Positions 17,945 to 28,638 of a DNA stretch of 64,000 nucleotides are shown here, piece after piece. Source of the stretch: an uncultured Acidobacteriota bacterium (GTDB lineage: Bacteria > Acidobacteriota > Thermoanaerobaculia > Gp7-AA8); NCBI GenBank assembly GCA_963741955.1, contig CAVUKB010000005.1, positions 608,001 to 672,000 on the forward strand. Direction: 5' to 3'. The position numbers and the translations under genes were made by a program. The notes under the pieces were generated by a model that did no database searches, was not told the DNA's origin, and saw nothing but the letters and a program-made list of their open reading frames with translations. Every line of letters starts with the position of its first letter. The stretch's first letter is position 1.

Positions 17945-20872
17945 TCAGCGGAGAACGCCTGCCACCTCTTCGATCTTGAACGCCTCGATGACGTCGCCGG
18001 CCTTGATGTCCTGGAATCGCTCCAGGCCGATTCCGCACTCGAAACCGCTCCGCACTTCGGAGACGTCGTTCTTGAAGTGCCGGAGGGACTGGATCTTTCC
18101 TTCGTACACGACCTTGTTGTCGCGGAGCAGCCGGACCTGCGCCGTGCGCGGAATGATCCCTTCCGTGACGTGGCAGCCGGCGATCGTTCCAGCCTTCGGC
18201 ACCTTGAACGTGTCGCGGACTTCCGCCCGTCCCTGGAAAACCTCCTGCTGGGTCGGCTCGAGCAGTCCGGTCATCGCCAGCCGGATCTCGTCGGTCAGCT
18301 GGTAGATGACGGTATGGAGCCGGATGTCGACGCCTTCCTTTTCCGCGAGGTCCGAAGCGTTTCTCTCAGGACGGACATTGAAGCCGACCACGATCGCATC
18401 CGACGCAGTGGCCAGGAGGACATCGTTGGTCGAGACCGCTCCGACCGACGCGTGAAGGATGTTGATCTTCACCTCATCGGTGGAGAGCTTCTGCAGTGTA
18501 TCGGTCAGCACCTCGACGGAACCCTGGACATCCGCCTTGAGGATGAGGTTGAGGTCCTTGGTGGCCCCGGCCTGCATCTGCTCGAACAGCTGATCGAGCG
18601 AGACGCGACGGCGGGTCTGCATCGCTTCCTCACGCGCCTTCTCCTGACGGAGCTCGACGATCGCGCGAGCCTTCGACTCCTCGTCGATCACGATGAACGA
18701 GTCGCCCGCATTCGGCACTTCGTCGAAGCCGGTCACGCTGACCGGAGTCGACGGCGGAGCTTCCTTGATCCGTTCGCCGCGGTCGTCGGTCATCGCACGG
18801 ACTTTGCCGGTCGCAAGTCCCGAGATGAAGAGATCGCCGATCCGGAGGACGCCGTCCTGAACCAGGACGTTGGCCACGATTCCGCGTCCGGCTTCCTTCC
18901 GCGCTTCCAGCACCGCACCGCGTGCCGGGAGTCCGGGGGTCGCCTTCAGCTCGAGCATCTCCGCGGTGAGGAGAATCATCTCCAGCAGATCGTCGATGCC
19001 CTGCTTCTTCAGCGCGGAGACTTCCACGGAGACCACTTCTCCGCCCCACTGTTCGACGAGGACACCGGCGTCGCCGAGCTCGCGCCGGACCCGGTCGATG
19101 TTCGCGTTGGGTTTGTCGATCTTGTTGATCGCCACGATCAGCGGCACGTTCGCGGCGCGCGCGTGGTCGATCGCTTCGCGGGTCTGCGGCATCACGCCGT
19201 CATCGGCGGCGACCACCAGAATGACGATGTCCGTGACCTTCGCACCCCGGGCACGCATGAGGGTGAACGCTTCGTGACCCGGCGTATCGAGGAAGACGAT
19301 CTTCTGACCGCGCTTCTCCACCGCGTACGCGCCGATGTGCTGGGTGATCCCACCCGCCTCACCGCCGGCGACGTTGGTCTCCCGGATCGCGTCGAGCAGC
19401 GACGTCTTGCCGTGGTCGACGTGACCCATCACGGTGATCACCGGAGCACGTCCACCGGTTTCCAGTCCTTCGGTATTCGAAGCCTTTTCCATCGTCTCGA
19501 TCTCGAGGGCGTCTTCGAACGAAACGACCTCCGCGTCGATGCCGAGCTCGCGCGCAATCTCGAGCGCGAGGTCCGCACCGAGAGGCGCGTTGATCGAGAG
19601 CATCATTCCCTTCTTCATCAGGAGATGCTTCATCAGGTCGTTCGCCTTCACTCCGAGCTTGTCGGCGAGGTCCTTCACCGTGACGCCTTCAGTGAGGGTC
19701 ACGGTTCCAGCCGGCTTTTCGAAGCTCAGCACCTTCGCCGTCACCGGCGCACTCTGCTTCCGCATGTCACGTCTGGTGGAGGGGGTATGCGGACGCGCGA
19801 CATCTTCCTCCATCTCCGTCGCTTCGGTGACCCGGGTGCTCACTTCGATGCCGTCTTCGTCGAGCACCTCGTGAGCCGAGAACGGTCCCTTGCTGAAGAT
19901 CTCGGTTCCATCCGGAGCGGCGGCCGGCGCGCGTTTGCCACGCTTGCCGGTGGTTTTCTTCTTGTCGAATCTCTCGTCCTCGTCCTCGGTCCGCTTGCGG
20001 CGGAACGAGCCGGGGGCCGGAGCACCGGTGGGAGGCGGCGCCATCGGCACGCCGGGACGTCCGGGGCCAGTACGGCCGGCAGGACGCGGAGCACCAGGGC
20101 GCGGCGGAACACCCGGACGGGATGCCGGGCTGCCGGGACGCACAGTCCGTCCTTCCGCTCCACGTGTCGCAGCACCGCTGCGATTGTCTGTACTCGGAAT
20201 CGCGACGCGCGGCTGGTTCGCGTAATTCGGTCGGGGACCCTGAGCCGCGCGTGCACGCGGACCAGTCGGTCCGGTGAGTCGCCGTCCCGGAGCCTTTCCT
20301 GCCGCGGGCGGCTTGGCGGCCGCCTTCGACGGAGCGGCCGGTTTCTCGGCTTCCGGTTCCGGTGCGGCAGCAGCTTCCGGTGCGGCCGCAGCTTCTTCCT
20401 TCTTCTCTTCGGCCGGGGCAGCAGCTGCAGCTTTCGCTTCGGCGGCGGCCTTCTTCTTCTCGGCGGCGGCCTTCTTCTTCGCTTCGGCAGCTTCCTGAGC
20501 AGCGCGCATTTCCTGCTCTGCGGCTTCTGCCTCCGCAGCTTGCAGGAACTCGGGAATGATCGGCGCAGAGCTCTCCGTCGGAGCAGGTTCGGGGGCTGCT
20601 TCCTTCGGGACCCGCCTGGGCGGGTTGATGATGGGGCGCGGCGGACGCACCTCACGCCGCTTCTGTTCCTGCTGCGGCTGCTCCTCGCGCATGATCACCG
20701 CGCGCGGACGTGCCGCTATCTTCTTCCCGGAAACGATGGCGGCGATCATCCGCGGATCGATCGTCGATCGCGGACTGTCTACCTCCACCCCGAGGGACTG
20801 AAGCTTGAAAATGAGGTCCTTGTCGGATACCCCCATCTGCTTCGCCAAATCAGTGACCCGAACCTTTGCCAT
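17945..20872 (-). CDS. infB: Translation initiation factor IF-2
   Basis: [17 protein letters not shown] and NKID motifs. Confidence 0.98.
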   Translation of the reverse strand: MAKVRVTDLAKQMGVSDKDLIFKLQSLGVEVDSPRSTIDPRMIAAIVSGKKIAARPRAVIMREEQPQQEQKRREVRPPRPIINPPRRVPKEAAPEPAPTESSAPIIPEFLQAAEAEAAEQEMRAAQEAAEAKKKAAAEKKKAAAEAKAAAAAPAEEKKEEAAAAPEAAAAPEPEAEKPAAPSKAAAKPPAAGKAPGRRLTGPTGPRARAAQGPRPNYANQPRVAIPSTDNRSGAATRGAEGRTVRPGSPASRPGVPPRPGAPRPAGRTGPGRPGVPMAPPPTGAPAPGSFRRKRTEDEDERFDKKKTTGKRGKRAPAAAPDGTEIFSKGPFSAHEVLDEDGIEVSTRVTEATEMEEDVARPHTPSTRRDMRKQSAPVTAKVLSFEKPAGTVTLTEGVTVKDLADKLGVKANDLMKHLLMKKGMMLSINAPLGADLALEIARELGIDAEVVSFEDALEIETMEKASNTEGLETGGRAPVITVMGHVDHGKTSLLDAIRETNVAGGEAGGITQHIGAYAVEKRGQKIVFLDTPGHEAFTLMRARGAKVTDIVILVVAADDGVMPQTREAIDHARAANVPLIVAINKIDKPNANIDRVRRELGDAGVLVEQWGGEVVSVEVSALKKQGIDDLLEMILLTAEMLELKATPGLPARGAVLEARKEAGRGIVANVLVQDGVLRIGDLFISGLATGKVRAMTDDRGERIKEAPPSTPVSVTGFDEVPNAGDSFIVIDEESKARAIVELRQEKAREEAMQTRRRVSLDQLFEQMQAGATKDLNLILKADVQGSVEVLTDTLQKLSTDEVKINILHASVGAVSTNDVLLATASDAIVVGFNVRPERNASDLAEKEGVDIRLHTVIYQLTDEIRLAMTGLLEPTQQEVFQGRAEVRDTFKVPKAGTIAGCHVTEGIIPRTAQVRLLRDNKVVYEGKIQSLRHFKNDVSEVRSGFECGIGLERFQDIKAGDVIEAFKIEEVAGVLR

Positions 20873-20914
20873 TCGTATCTAGCTCCTTGAGAACACTCCC
20901 GACACAATTCACGT

Positions 20915-22573
20915 TTACTGTTTCATTTCTTCCTCGACGGTCTCACCGTCCGGCTTTTCCGAAACGGCAGATGGTTTCTCCTGCTCCACCGTCGCCGCGG
21001 CGCTCGTTTCGGCCTCGGCTTCGGGCTCCTCCGCCTCGGCTTCGGCTTCGCCTTCCTCGGCACCTTCCAGCGACTCTTCCTCTTCCGGTTCTTCTGCGAC
21101 TTCCGGGTTCAGAACGTCCACCAGAGTCGCCGTTTCGTCCGACTGCATCACGAACGAATCGTGCTGGGCGGCGACCTCGATGATCTGCGCAGCGGTCTCT
21201 TCGTCGATCCCTTCGATCTGGGTGAGATCGTCGACCGACGCGTTCAGGATCGAGTCGAGATCGTCGTAGCCGGCCTGGTCGAGCATGTCGGCCAGTTCCG
21301 GTTCCAGTCCATCGACTTCGTGGATGTCGGTTGCCGCGCGAGCCTCCGCCATCGCTTCCTGAAGCATCTGCGCGAGCGCATCGGCGACTTCGCCCTTGAC
21401 CTCTTCCTCGGACTTGATGTCGATCTTCGCTCCGATCAGCTCCGCCGCGAGACGGACGTTCAGGCCCCGCCTTCCGATGGCCAGCGACAACTGGTCGTTG
21501 TCGACGATGACGTCGAGATGCGGCCGATGCGCCGATTCATCCGACGTGACGCTCACGCGGGTGATCTTCGCCGGCGCCAGAGAGTTCTGTGCGTAGACGA
21601 CGATGTCTTCGTGCCACGGGATGATGTCGATCTTTTCTCCGCGCAGTTCGCGGATGATCGACTGCACCCGGCTTCCCTTCATTCCGACGCACGCGCCGAC
21701 CGGATCGACGTCGCGCTCTCGCGACCAGACCGCGATCTTCGCCCGTTCTCCCGGCTCCCGAACCGCACCTTTGATCACCACGGTGCCGTCGTAGATCTCC
21801 GGAACTTCCATCTCGAACAGACGGATCAGCAGGCGTGAGTCGGTCCGCGAGAGAACGACCTGCGGTCCTTTCGGCTGCGTGTGGACGTCGACGATCACCG
21901 CCTTGATCCGGTCGCCCTGGGAGTAACGCTCCGCACGCGACTGATGGACCCTGGGGATGATCCCCTCGGTCTTTCCATTCAGGTCGATGATCATGTCGCC
22001 GCGCTCGAAGCGCTTGACGTACCCGTTCTCCAGCTCGCCCACCTTGTCGGCGAACTCGACATAGATCTTCTCGCGCTCGGCCTCGCGCACTTTCTGGTAA
22101 AGAACCTGTTTCGCGGACTGCGCCGCAATGCGCCCGAGCTCCTCCGGAGGCTTGGTCAGCGGGATCTCGATGTCGTCTCCCGGCTCGACCTTCGGGTCGA
22201 TCTTCCGCGCTTCGTAAGCGCGGATCTCAGTGAGCGGATCCGACACCACGTCCACCACCGCCTTGATGATGTATGGGAGCTCGATGGTCCCTCCGGCTTC
22301 GGCATTCGGATCGAGCTTCTGCGCCTCTTCCACGGTCAGCTGCTCGAGAGGCTCTTCGATCTCCTCGGGATCCGCGACCACCTGCTTGATGACCCGGACC
22401 ACCACGGCACCGGTCTCACGGTCGAGGGTCGCAACGATCGGCTCCCGGGTCTTGTAGTACTTGCGCGCCGCAGTCGACAGTGCGTCCTCGAGAGCCGAGA
22501 AGACCCTCTCGACGTCGATCGCCTTCTCGTGCGCCAGCGCCCGAATGTCTCTTCCGATGTTTTCACTGAACAT
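20915..22573 (-). CDS. nusA: Transcription factor NusA
   Basis: GRIAAQSAKQ, S1, KH (DPVGACVGMKGSRV), AIGRRGLNVRLA, HhH/acidic tail. Confidence 0.97.
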   Translation of the reverse strand: MFSENIGRDIRALAHEKAIDVERVFSALEDALSTAARKYYKTREPIVATLDRETGAVVVRVIKQVVADPEEIEEPLEQLTVEEAQKLDPNAEAGGTIELPYIIKAVVDVVSDPLTEIRAYEARKIDPKVEPGDDIEIPLTKPPEELGRIAAQSAKQVLYQKVREAEREKIYVEFADKVGELENGYVKRFERGDMIIDLNGKTEGIIPRVHQSRAERYSQGDRIKAVIVDVHTQPKGPQVVLSRTDSRLLIRLFEMEVPEIYDGTVVIKGAVREPGERAKIAVWSRERDVDPVGACVGMKGSRVQSIIRELRGEKIDIIPWHEDIVVYAQNSLAPAKITRVSVTSDESAHRPHLDVIVDNDQLSLAIGRRGLNVRLAAELIGAKIDIKSEEEVKGEVADALAQMLQEAMAEARAATDIHEVDGLEPELADMLDQAGYDDLDSILNASVDDLTQIEGIDEETAAQIIEVAAQHDSFVMQSDETATLVDVLNPEVAEEPEEEESLEGAEEGEAEAEAEEPEAEAETSAAATVEQEKPSAVSEKPDGETVEEEMKQ

Positions 22574-22588
22574 GTTCTTTTCTGCTCC

Positions 22589-23053
22589 TCAGATCTCCAC
22601 TTCCAGCCTCGTCTCTTTCACGTCCGCCAGGTCGATCTCGTACATGGGATCCTTTTTCGCCTTCGGGTCCCTCACCACGATCCTCGACCCGTCGAAGGAT
22701 TCGAGATATCCGACGACGACGTGCAGACCTCTGACCGCCCTGGTCGTTCGCACTCGAACCAGCCGGCCCAGGAACTTCTCGTAATCCGAGTCCTTGTAGA
22801 ACTTCCGATCCAGTCCCGGTGACGACACCTGAAGCTCGTACGCTCCGGGGACGACATCCTCGACGTCGAGGTACGCACTCAACTGATCCGATACCAGCTG
22901 ACAGTCTGCGAGCGTCACCCCTTCCTCCTTGTCGATATCGACCCGGAGGAGAAAATCCCGTCCCGCCCGCCGGTACTCGATGTGAACCATCTCGTATCCC
23001 TCGGATGTGACGATTTTTTCGATTCCTTCGCTCACTCGAGTCGGTAGTTCCAT
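22589..23053 (-). CDS. rimP: Ribosome maturation factor RimP
   Basis: LRVDIDKEEGVTLADC...YELQVSSPGLDR. Confidence 0.96.
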   Translation of the reverse strand: MELPTRVSEGIEKIVTSEGYEMVHIEYRRAGRDFLLRVDIDKEEGVTLADCQLVSDQLSAYLDVEDVVPGAYELQVSSPGLDRKFYKDSDYEKFLGRLVRVRTTRAVRGLHVVVGYLESFDGSRIVVRDPKAKKDPMYEIDLADVKETRLEVEI

Positions 23054-23063
23054 TCGTTACGGC

Positions 23064-23094
23064 AATAAAAAAAGCGGCCTTTTCGGCCGCTTTC
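23064..23094 (-). promoter_or_regulatory. rimP leader terminator/attenuator hairpin
   Basis: AAAGCGGCC-GAAAA-GGCCGCTTTTTTTATT, ~10 bp upstream of the rimP ATG; matches the known rimP-leader position. Confidence 0.75.
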
Positions 23095-23321
23095 GATGAT
23101 TTCGAAAGCTGTCGAGCGCATCCTATCACGCTGCGCCGCAATCCTACAACAGAACCGCCCAGTGGACGATTCCGACGATTCCGCGGACACTTCGTGGATG
23201 TCGGGTGGCCTAGGAGTGTCGAAAACCGCACTCTTCCGGCGGACATTCCAGAGCGCTCAGTCGGGGAAGGGCCGCATCCAGACGGATACGGCCCTTCCAT
23301 AGACAAGCTCTTCAGCAGACT

Positions 23322-24308
23322 TCAGGGATGGTTGACCATCCGATGGGGCGCTTTCGCACCGAACACGCAGGTCACGTCGAGCGCCTGCGAGAACTGCGCT
23401 TCGAGCGTGGTCGGGTCGCTGGTGACGTTGTCGAGCATCGAGCCGTAGGCGAGATAGCCGGGGCATCCATCTTCACACCCCGCCGGAGGAGTCGCAACCG
23501 GTGTGGCGGTCAGCTGCTGGATCACCACGAACGCGCCCGAACCGGCGAACCCGGGGAAGAAGTTGGTGACCGGCTGCTGAGTGTGTGCCAGCGGTCCGAG
23601 GCTCACCAGAGCCGGAGCGCCGACCACGTTCCCCGAGGCGTCGAACAGCGTCAGTTGCAGCTGGGTCGACGAGAACTGGGAAGAATTCACCAGGCCGATG
23701 TTGGTGCGGTAGCCGCTGACTCCGACCGCTCCGGTGTTGCGGATTCCGGTGATGAACACCTTGTCCAGACCGAGGTTCGCGGAGTTCATCGAGTTGTAGA
23801 GGTACCAGGGAATCCCGGGGAACAGCTGGCCGAACGTGCTGACCGAGCCGTCGCCCGCCGTGACCTGATTGTAAATTCGGCCTTCGACCGTGATCAGCTC
23901 GCAGTCCGCCGGATTGGTGTCGCAATCCGAACAGTCACCGCCGGTGCGGCACGCGAAGAAGATCAGGTACCCATTCGCGGAGTCGAGATTGAGCAGAGAC
24001 TTCGCCACGTCGACGTACTCGCGTCTCTCGCCCGGTGCGAGCGGGGTCGGGAGCTTGATCGCACTCGCCGGAAGGGCCGAATTGTCGTTGGTGGCGCCGG
24101 TCGGCAAGTACGCGACCCAGACGTCGACCGTCTGCGTGCTCACATTCGAAATGAAAACATCAGTGACGAAGAACGCTCCACCGCCACCACCGGTCCTCGC
24201 AACGGCCGGCAGATAGACCTGATCCGCCGCCCGAAACTCGCCGGCGATGCTGCTCGTCGCGACCAGCAGCAATCCGACGACGATCATTACTTTCCATACA
24301 TTCCGCAT
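23322..24308 (-). CDS. Secreted hypothetical beta-rich protein with Cys-rich loops
   Basis: Signal peptide MRNVWKVMIVVGLLLVATSSIA; GC-typical coding pattern. Confidence 0.8.
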   Translation of the reverse strand: MRNVWKVMIVVGLLLVATSSIAGEFRAADQVYLPAVARTGGGGGAFFVTDVFISNVSTQTVDVWVAYLPTGATNDNSALPASAIKLPTPLAPGERREYVDVAKSLLNLDSANGYLIFFACRTGGDCSDCDTNPADCELITVEGRIYNQVTAGDGSVSTFGQLFPGIPWYLYNSMNSANLGLDKVFITGIRNTGAVGVSGYRTNIGLVNSSQFSSTQLQLTLFDASGNVVGAPALVSLGPLAHTQQPVTNFFPGFAGSGAFVVIQQLTATPVATPPAGCEDGCPGYLAYGSMLDNVTSDPTTLEAQFSQALDVTCVFGAKAPHRMVNHP

Positions 24309-24533
24309 AGGTTCCCCTTCTCTCGAGAATCTCGACTCTCGTCGTAATACGAGCGAAATCGCTTTTCCGTCCAGCGAGATTGTACCGTTGCTCGTCTGAG
24401 GTGCAAAGGACGTGATCACGAATGAACCCAGATTCTACCCGTGAGTGACTCCGTCCGAACCGGTTTTTTCACCCTTGTCACAAATTCCGCTCCGCCAGCG
24501 ACCTTCTCCCCTCATCCCCTATACTCGGCTCGC

Positions 24534-25487
24534 ATGCCACAGCAGAAGGAAACGATCGTCCCACCCTTCTTGGACGGCCAGCGACTCGACGGGTCACTGG
24601 CGAAGCTCTTCCCAGAGCACTCACGCAGCTTTCTCGCCAGACTGATCGAGGAGGGAGAGGTCGAGATCGACGGAATCGCAGCGTCGAAACGCTCCGTCCC
24701 ACTCACGGCGGGTCAGCGGATCGTGATCCGGATCCCTGAACCCGTGAGCTCGTCCGTCGCCTCCGAGGAGATCCCGATCGCGATTCTCTTCGAAGACTCC
24801 GAGATCGCAGTGATCGAGAAACCGGCCGGACTGGTGGTTCACCCCTCGGCGGGTCATGCCGCGGGGACTCTCGTCAACGCGCTCCTGTTTCACGTGCACG
24901 ACCTGAGCGGAGTGGGCGGCGAGCTCCGGCCCGGAATCGTGCATCGGCTCGACAAGGACACCAGCGGACTGATGGTGATCGCGAAGAACGATCGCGCCCA
25001 CCGCGCACTGACGGAACAGTGGTCGACTCCTGCAGTGCGGAAGGAGTACCTCGCGCTCGTGTACGGCCATCCGCGCGAGAGCGGCGGGTCCATCGATCAG
25101 CCTATCGGCCGCGATCCTCACGACAGGAAGCGGATGGCCGTCGTCACGAGGGGGCGCCCCGCGGTCACCGATTGGAAGCTCGAGCAGACCTACCGCTACG
25201 CATCACTTCTGCGATGCGTGCTCCGAACCGGGCGGACCCATCAGATCCGGGTTCACCTCAAAGCGCTCGGGCACCCGATCATCGGCGATCCCGTCTACTC
25301 GGGACCTCAGTGGAAAGGGATTCCCGACCGGAAACTCCAGAAAGTGATCGCGCACGTCGGCCGCCAGGCCCTTCATGCGGCGGTCCTGATCTTCGATCAC
25401 CCCGTCAGCGGTGAGAGGATGCGATTCGAATCGCCCCTTCCGGAGGATCTGCAGGAAGTCATCGACGTCCTTCGCCAGGTCGAATGA
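24534..25487 (+). CDS. rluD: RluA/RluD-family 23S rRNA pseudouridine synthase
   Basis: N-terminal S4 domain, GIVHRLDKDTSG, TGRTHQIRVH. Confidence 0.92.
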   Translation: MPQQKETIVPPFLDGQRLDGSLAKLFPEHSRSFLARLIEEGEVEIDGIAASKRSVPLTAGQRIVIRIPEPVSSSVASEEIPIAILFEDSEIAVIEKPAGLVVHPSAGHAAGTLVNALLFHVHDLSGVGGELRPGIVHRLDKDTSGLMVIAKNDRAHRALTEQWSTPAVRKEYLALVYGHPRESGGSIDQPIGRDPHDRKRMAVVTRGRPAVTDWKLEQTYRYASLLRCVLRTGRTHQIRVHLKALGHPIIGDPVYSGPQWKGIPDRKLQKVIAHVGRQALHAAVLIFDHPVSGERMRFESPLPEDLQEVIDVLRQVE

Positions 25488-25555
25488 GCGCGACGCCACC
25501 GCCTCCGGAGCAGACGGACGCTCGCAGCGCCGGCGAGTCCCTTTCGGCGCTCGAG

Positions 25556-26806
25556 TCACCCCGCGATGATGCCTGCGAGCGTCGCAGTCATGAACGTCGC
25601 GATCGTCCCACCGAGCAGCGCGCGCATTCCGAGTCTCGCCAGATCCTGCTTGCGCGTCGGAGCCAGACCGCCGATGCCGCCGATCTGAATTCCGATCGAG
25701 GAGAGATTCGCGAATCCGCAGAGAGCGAACGTCGCGATCATCTTCGCCTTCGGTGAGAGGACGGCCTGGATCTTCGCCAGATCGATGTACGCGACGAATT
25801 CGTTGAGCACCAGCTTCGTGCCGAACAGCTGTCCGACCGCGAGAGAGTCTTTCGCCGGCACACCCATGATCAGCGCGACCCAGCGGAACAGCTGCCCGAA
25901 GATCCAGTTCAACGTCAAGCCGGGAAATCCGATGTGCCGTCCGATCCACATCAGACCGCCGTCGGCCATGGAGATGATCGCGATGAACGCGATCAGCATG
26001 GCGAGGATGTTGATCACCAGAATGGCGCCCTGTCCCGCCCCGGCTGCTGCGGCGTCAATCACGTTCACGTGAGTCTTCTCGACGTTCAGCGTCACCTTTC
26101 CCGCCGTGACCGATTTCTCCTTCTCCGGGAAAAGAACCTTCGCGATCAGGAGCGACGCCGGCGCTGCCATCACGCTTCCCGCGAGAAGGTATCGCGCGTC
26201 GATGCCGAGATTGATGTACGCGCCGAGAACCGCGCCGGAGACCGTCGCCATCCCTCCGATCATCAGCGCGAGAAGCTCGGACATGGTCATGGTCGGAATG
26301 TACGGCGCGATGACGATCGGAGCTTCGGTCTGTCCCATGAAGACGTTCGCGGCGGAACCGAGCGATTCAGAACCGGACGTCCCCATCGTCTTCGCCATCA
26401 GAATCGCCATCCCTTTCACCACCCGCTGCATGATCCCGAGGTGGTAGAGGATGGTGAAGATCGAGGAGATGAAGATCACGATCGGCATGACCACGAATGC
26501 GAAGACGATCGAGCCGACCGGCTCGTGTCCGGGGATCTTGTTCAGGAAGGTCTGATCGCTGGCCAGCCAGCCGAAGACGAAGCTCGACCCCTGACCGGCG
26601 TAGTTGATGACGTTGGTGACGAAATCGGCGATCTGCTTCAGGACCCATTGTCCGAACGGCCAGCGCAGCACCGCCAGAGCGAAGACCACCTGCAGCACCA
26701 CTCCCCAACCCACCGTGCGCCATCGGATCGCGCGGCGGTCGGCCGAAAAGAGATACGCGAGCCCGAAGAGGAAGAGGATTCCGATGATTCCGATGAAGCG
26801 GTCCAT
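25556..26806 (-). CDS. nupC: CNT/NupC-family nucleoside:cation symporter
   Basis: FMGQTEAP, GTKLVLNEFVAY and FALCGFAN motifs. Confidence 0.93.
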   Translation of the reverse strand: MDRFIGIIGILFLFGLAYLFSADRRAIRWRTVGWGVVLQVVFALAVLRWPFGQWVLKQIADFVTNVINYAGQGSSFVFGWLASDQTFLNKIPGHEPVGSIVFAFVVMPIVIFISSIFTILYHLGIMQRVVKGMAILMAKTMGTSGSESLGSAANVFMGQTEAPIVIAPYIPTMTMSELLALMIGGMATVSGAVLGAYINLGIDARYLLAGSVMAAPASLLIAKVLFPEKEKSVTAGKVTLNVEKTHVNVIDAAAAGAGQGAILVINILAMLIAFIAIISMADGGLMWIGRHIGFPGLTLNWIFGQLFRWVALIMGVPAKDSLAVGQLFGTKLVLNEFVAYIDLAKIQAVLSPKAKMIATFALCGFANLSSIGIQIGGIGGLAPTRKQDLARLGMRALLGGTIATFMTATLAGIIAG

Positions 26807-26970
26807 TAGTCTCCGATCCGTCGGTCCGGGCAGAGCTGCTGCCGCGATTCACGTCCTCGTGAATCACCGGCTGGCGCGACCATCTGGATGGACACTCTCC
26901 TGCCGAAGCCTGCTGCGTCGAGGTTTTCCCCGATCCGGACCGAGAGAGGATACCGAAGAACGTGGCGGAC

Positions 26971-27810
26971 TCAACGACTTTTTTGGACGGTCACGCCGCT
27001 GAAACGCTCCAGCAGCGCGAGCACCAGTCCGGTGAACTCCCGCTCGACCCGCCTGGTCGTCTCGATCACCTCGGAATGGGTCAGCTTTCGCGGCAGGATT
27101 CCCGCCGCCATATTCGTGATGCACGAGATGCCGAGAACCGGCACCTGCATGTGTGAGAGCGCGATCACTTCCGGCACCGTCGACATCCCGACCGCGTCCG
27201 CACCGAGCACCCGGCAGGCGCGAATCTCCGCCGGCGTTTCGTAGCTCGGACCCGACACGGCGATGTAGACGCCTTCCTTCAGACCAAGCCCCATCCCTTC
27301 CGCAATCTCCCTCGCCACGCGGCGCAGTTCCGCAGGGTAGGCTTCGGTCATGTCGGGAAAACGGACTCCGAGCTCTTCGCGATTCGCTCCCCGCAGCGGA
27401 TTCACACCGAGAAAGTTGATGTGATCCGAGATGAGCATCAGGTCGCCCGGGCGGAAGTCGGGGTTCACCCCGCCGGCGGCGTTGGTCACGATCACCAACT
27501 CGGCACCGAGGCGTGCCAGGAGCCGCGGGAGGAAGACCACGTCCTCGAGTGAGTGTCCCTCGTAGTAGTGCACTCTCCCCTGCATCACGGCAACCGCGGA
27601 ATCGCCGCTGCGGCCCAGCACCAGACGGCCGGAGTGGCCGACCACGGACGACGTCTCCGCGTGCGGAATCTCCTCGTACGGAATCGATGTCTCGATCTCG
27701 AGAGCATCGACGACGTTCCCGAGGCCCGAGCCGAGAATCACCCCGATGCGGGGACGGAGTTTCGAGCGCGAGTGGACGAGCTCGGCCGCTTCTGTGAGCT
27801 TCTCGATCAT
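26971..27810 (-). CDS. punA: Purine-nucleoside phosphorylase (trimeric type)
   Basis: ILGSGLG, GRVHYYEG, GPSYETPAE and VGMSTVPE motifs. Confidence 0.94.
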   Translation of the reverse strand: MIEKLTEAAELVHSRSKLRPRIGVILGSGLGNVVDALEIETSIPYEEIPHAETSSVVGHSGRLVLGRSGDSAVAVMQGRVHYYEGHSLEDVVFLPRLLARLGAELVIVTNAAGGVNPDFRPGDLMLISDHINFLGVNPLRGANREELGVRFPDMTEAYPAELRRVAREIAEGMGLGLKEGVYIAVSGPSYETPAEIRACRVLGADAVGMSTVPEVIALSHMQVPVLGISCITNMAAGILPRKLTHSEVIETTRRVEREFTGLVLALLERFSGVTVQKSR

Positions 27811-27883
27811 CCGGCGGATTATACCGATGTCGGATGGCGGATGGCGGATGGCCGAAGTGGGATGGCGTATGGCCGATCGGGAG

Positions 27884-28228
27884 TTACTTGTGGCTTCCCG
27901 CGACGTACTTCACCACCCGCACCTTCTCCATGGTGACCAACCCCTCGGTGACCATCTCGTCGAGGATGGGAAGGAGGCGATCGATGTGCTCGGACGAGTC
28001 GACGATCTCGATCACCACTGGAAGATCTTCCGACAGCCGGAGAATGTTCGAGGTATGCAGAACGCTGTGCGCGCCGAAACCCGCAACGCCGTGAAACACC
28101 GTTGCGCCGGCGAAACCCTCGCGCCGGAGCCGCTCGAGAAGAGCCGTGGAGAGAGGCTGGTGATGCCACCGGTCGGATTCTCCGATGAAGACACGGACGA
28201 GGACTTGCTCACCATCGAGCGCTCGCAT
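27884..28228 (-). CDS. DUF190 (PII-like) protein
   Basis: RVFIGESDRW...GATVFHGVAGFG...LSEDLPVVIEIVD; typical partner of crcB. Confidence 0.92.
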   Translation of the reverse strand: MRALDGEQVLVRVFIGESDRWHHQPLSTALLERLRREGFAGATVFHGVAGFGAHSVLHTSNILRLSEDLPVVIEIVDSSEHIDRLLPILDEMVTEGLVTMEKVRVVKYVAGSHK

Positions 28229-28246
28229 GGTCGACTCTCCTTTCGA

Positions 28247-28624
28247 TCAGCCGACGATCCACCGCGCCAGGGCGAATCCGAGAACGCCGGCAACCAGACA
28301 ACTCACCGCGGTTCCGATGAGGTTCACCAGGCCGAGCCCCCACGCTCCTTCCTGAAAATAGCGGAGTGACTCGTAGTTGAACGTCGAATAGGTGGTGAAT
28401 CCTCCCATCGCTCCGGTGGTCAGAGTGAGTCGCAGAGTTGCGGACATCACCTCCGTCTCAGTGCCGATGACCATCAGAAACGCGAGGAGGAACGATCCCA
28501 CCACATTGACGATCAGGGTTCCCCAGGGGAAAAACGGCCCAAGCGCGTTGAGCGCAAGCCCCGCGATCAGGTATCGGGCGCCCGAGCCGAACGCACCACC
28601 GACACAGACCCAGAAGAAACGCAT
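28247..28624 (-). CDS. crcB: Fluoride channel Fluc/CrcB
   Basis: GGAFGSGARY, PWGTLIVN and GGFTTYSTF motifs. Confidence 0.95.
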   Translation of the reverse strand: MRFFWVCVGGAFGSGARYLIAGLALNALGPFFPWGTLIVNVVGSFLLAFLMVIGTETEVMSATLRLTLTTGAMGGFTTYSTFNYESLRYFQEGAWGLGLVNLIGTAVSCLVAGVLGFALARWIVG

Positions 28625-28638
28625 CGACGAGAGTCTAA

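Noticed and set aside
12103-20890. Long plus-strand ORFs (733 aa, 1000 aa and others) opposite pnp and infB
   Set aside because: These are antisense shadows typical of high-GC codon usage; the same applies to similar ORFs across the window.
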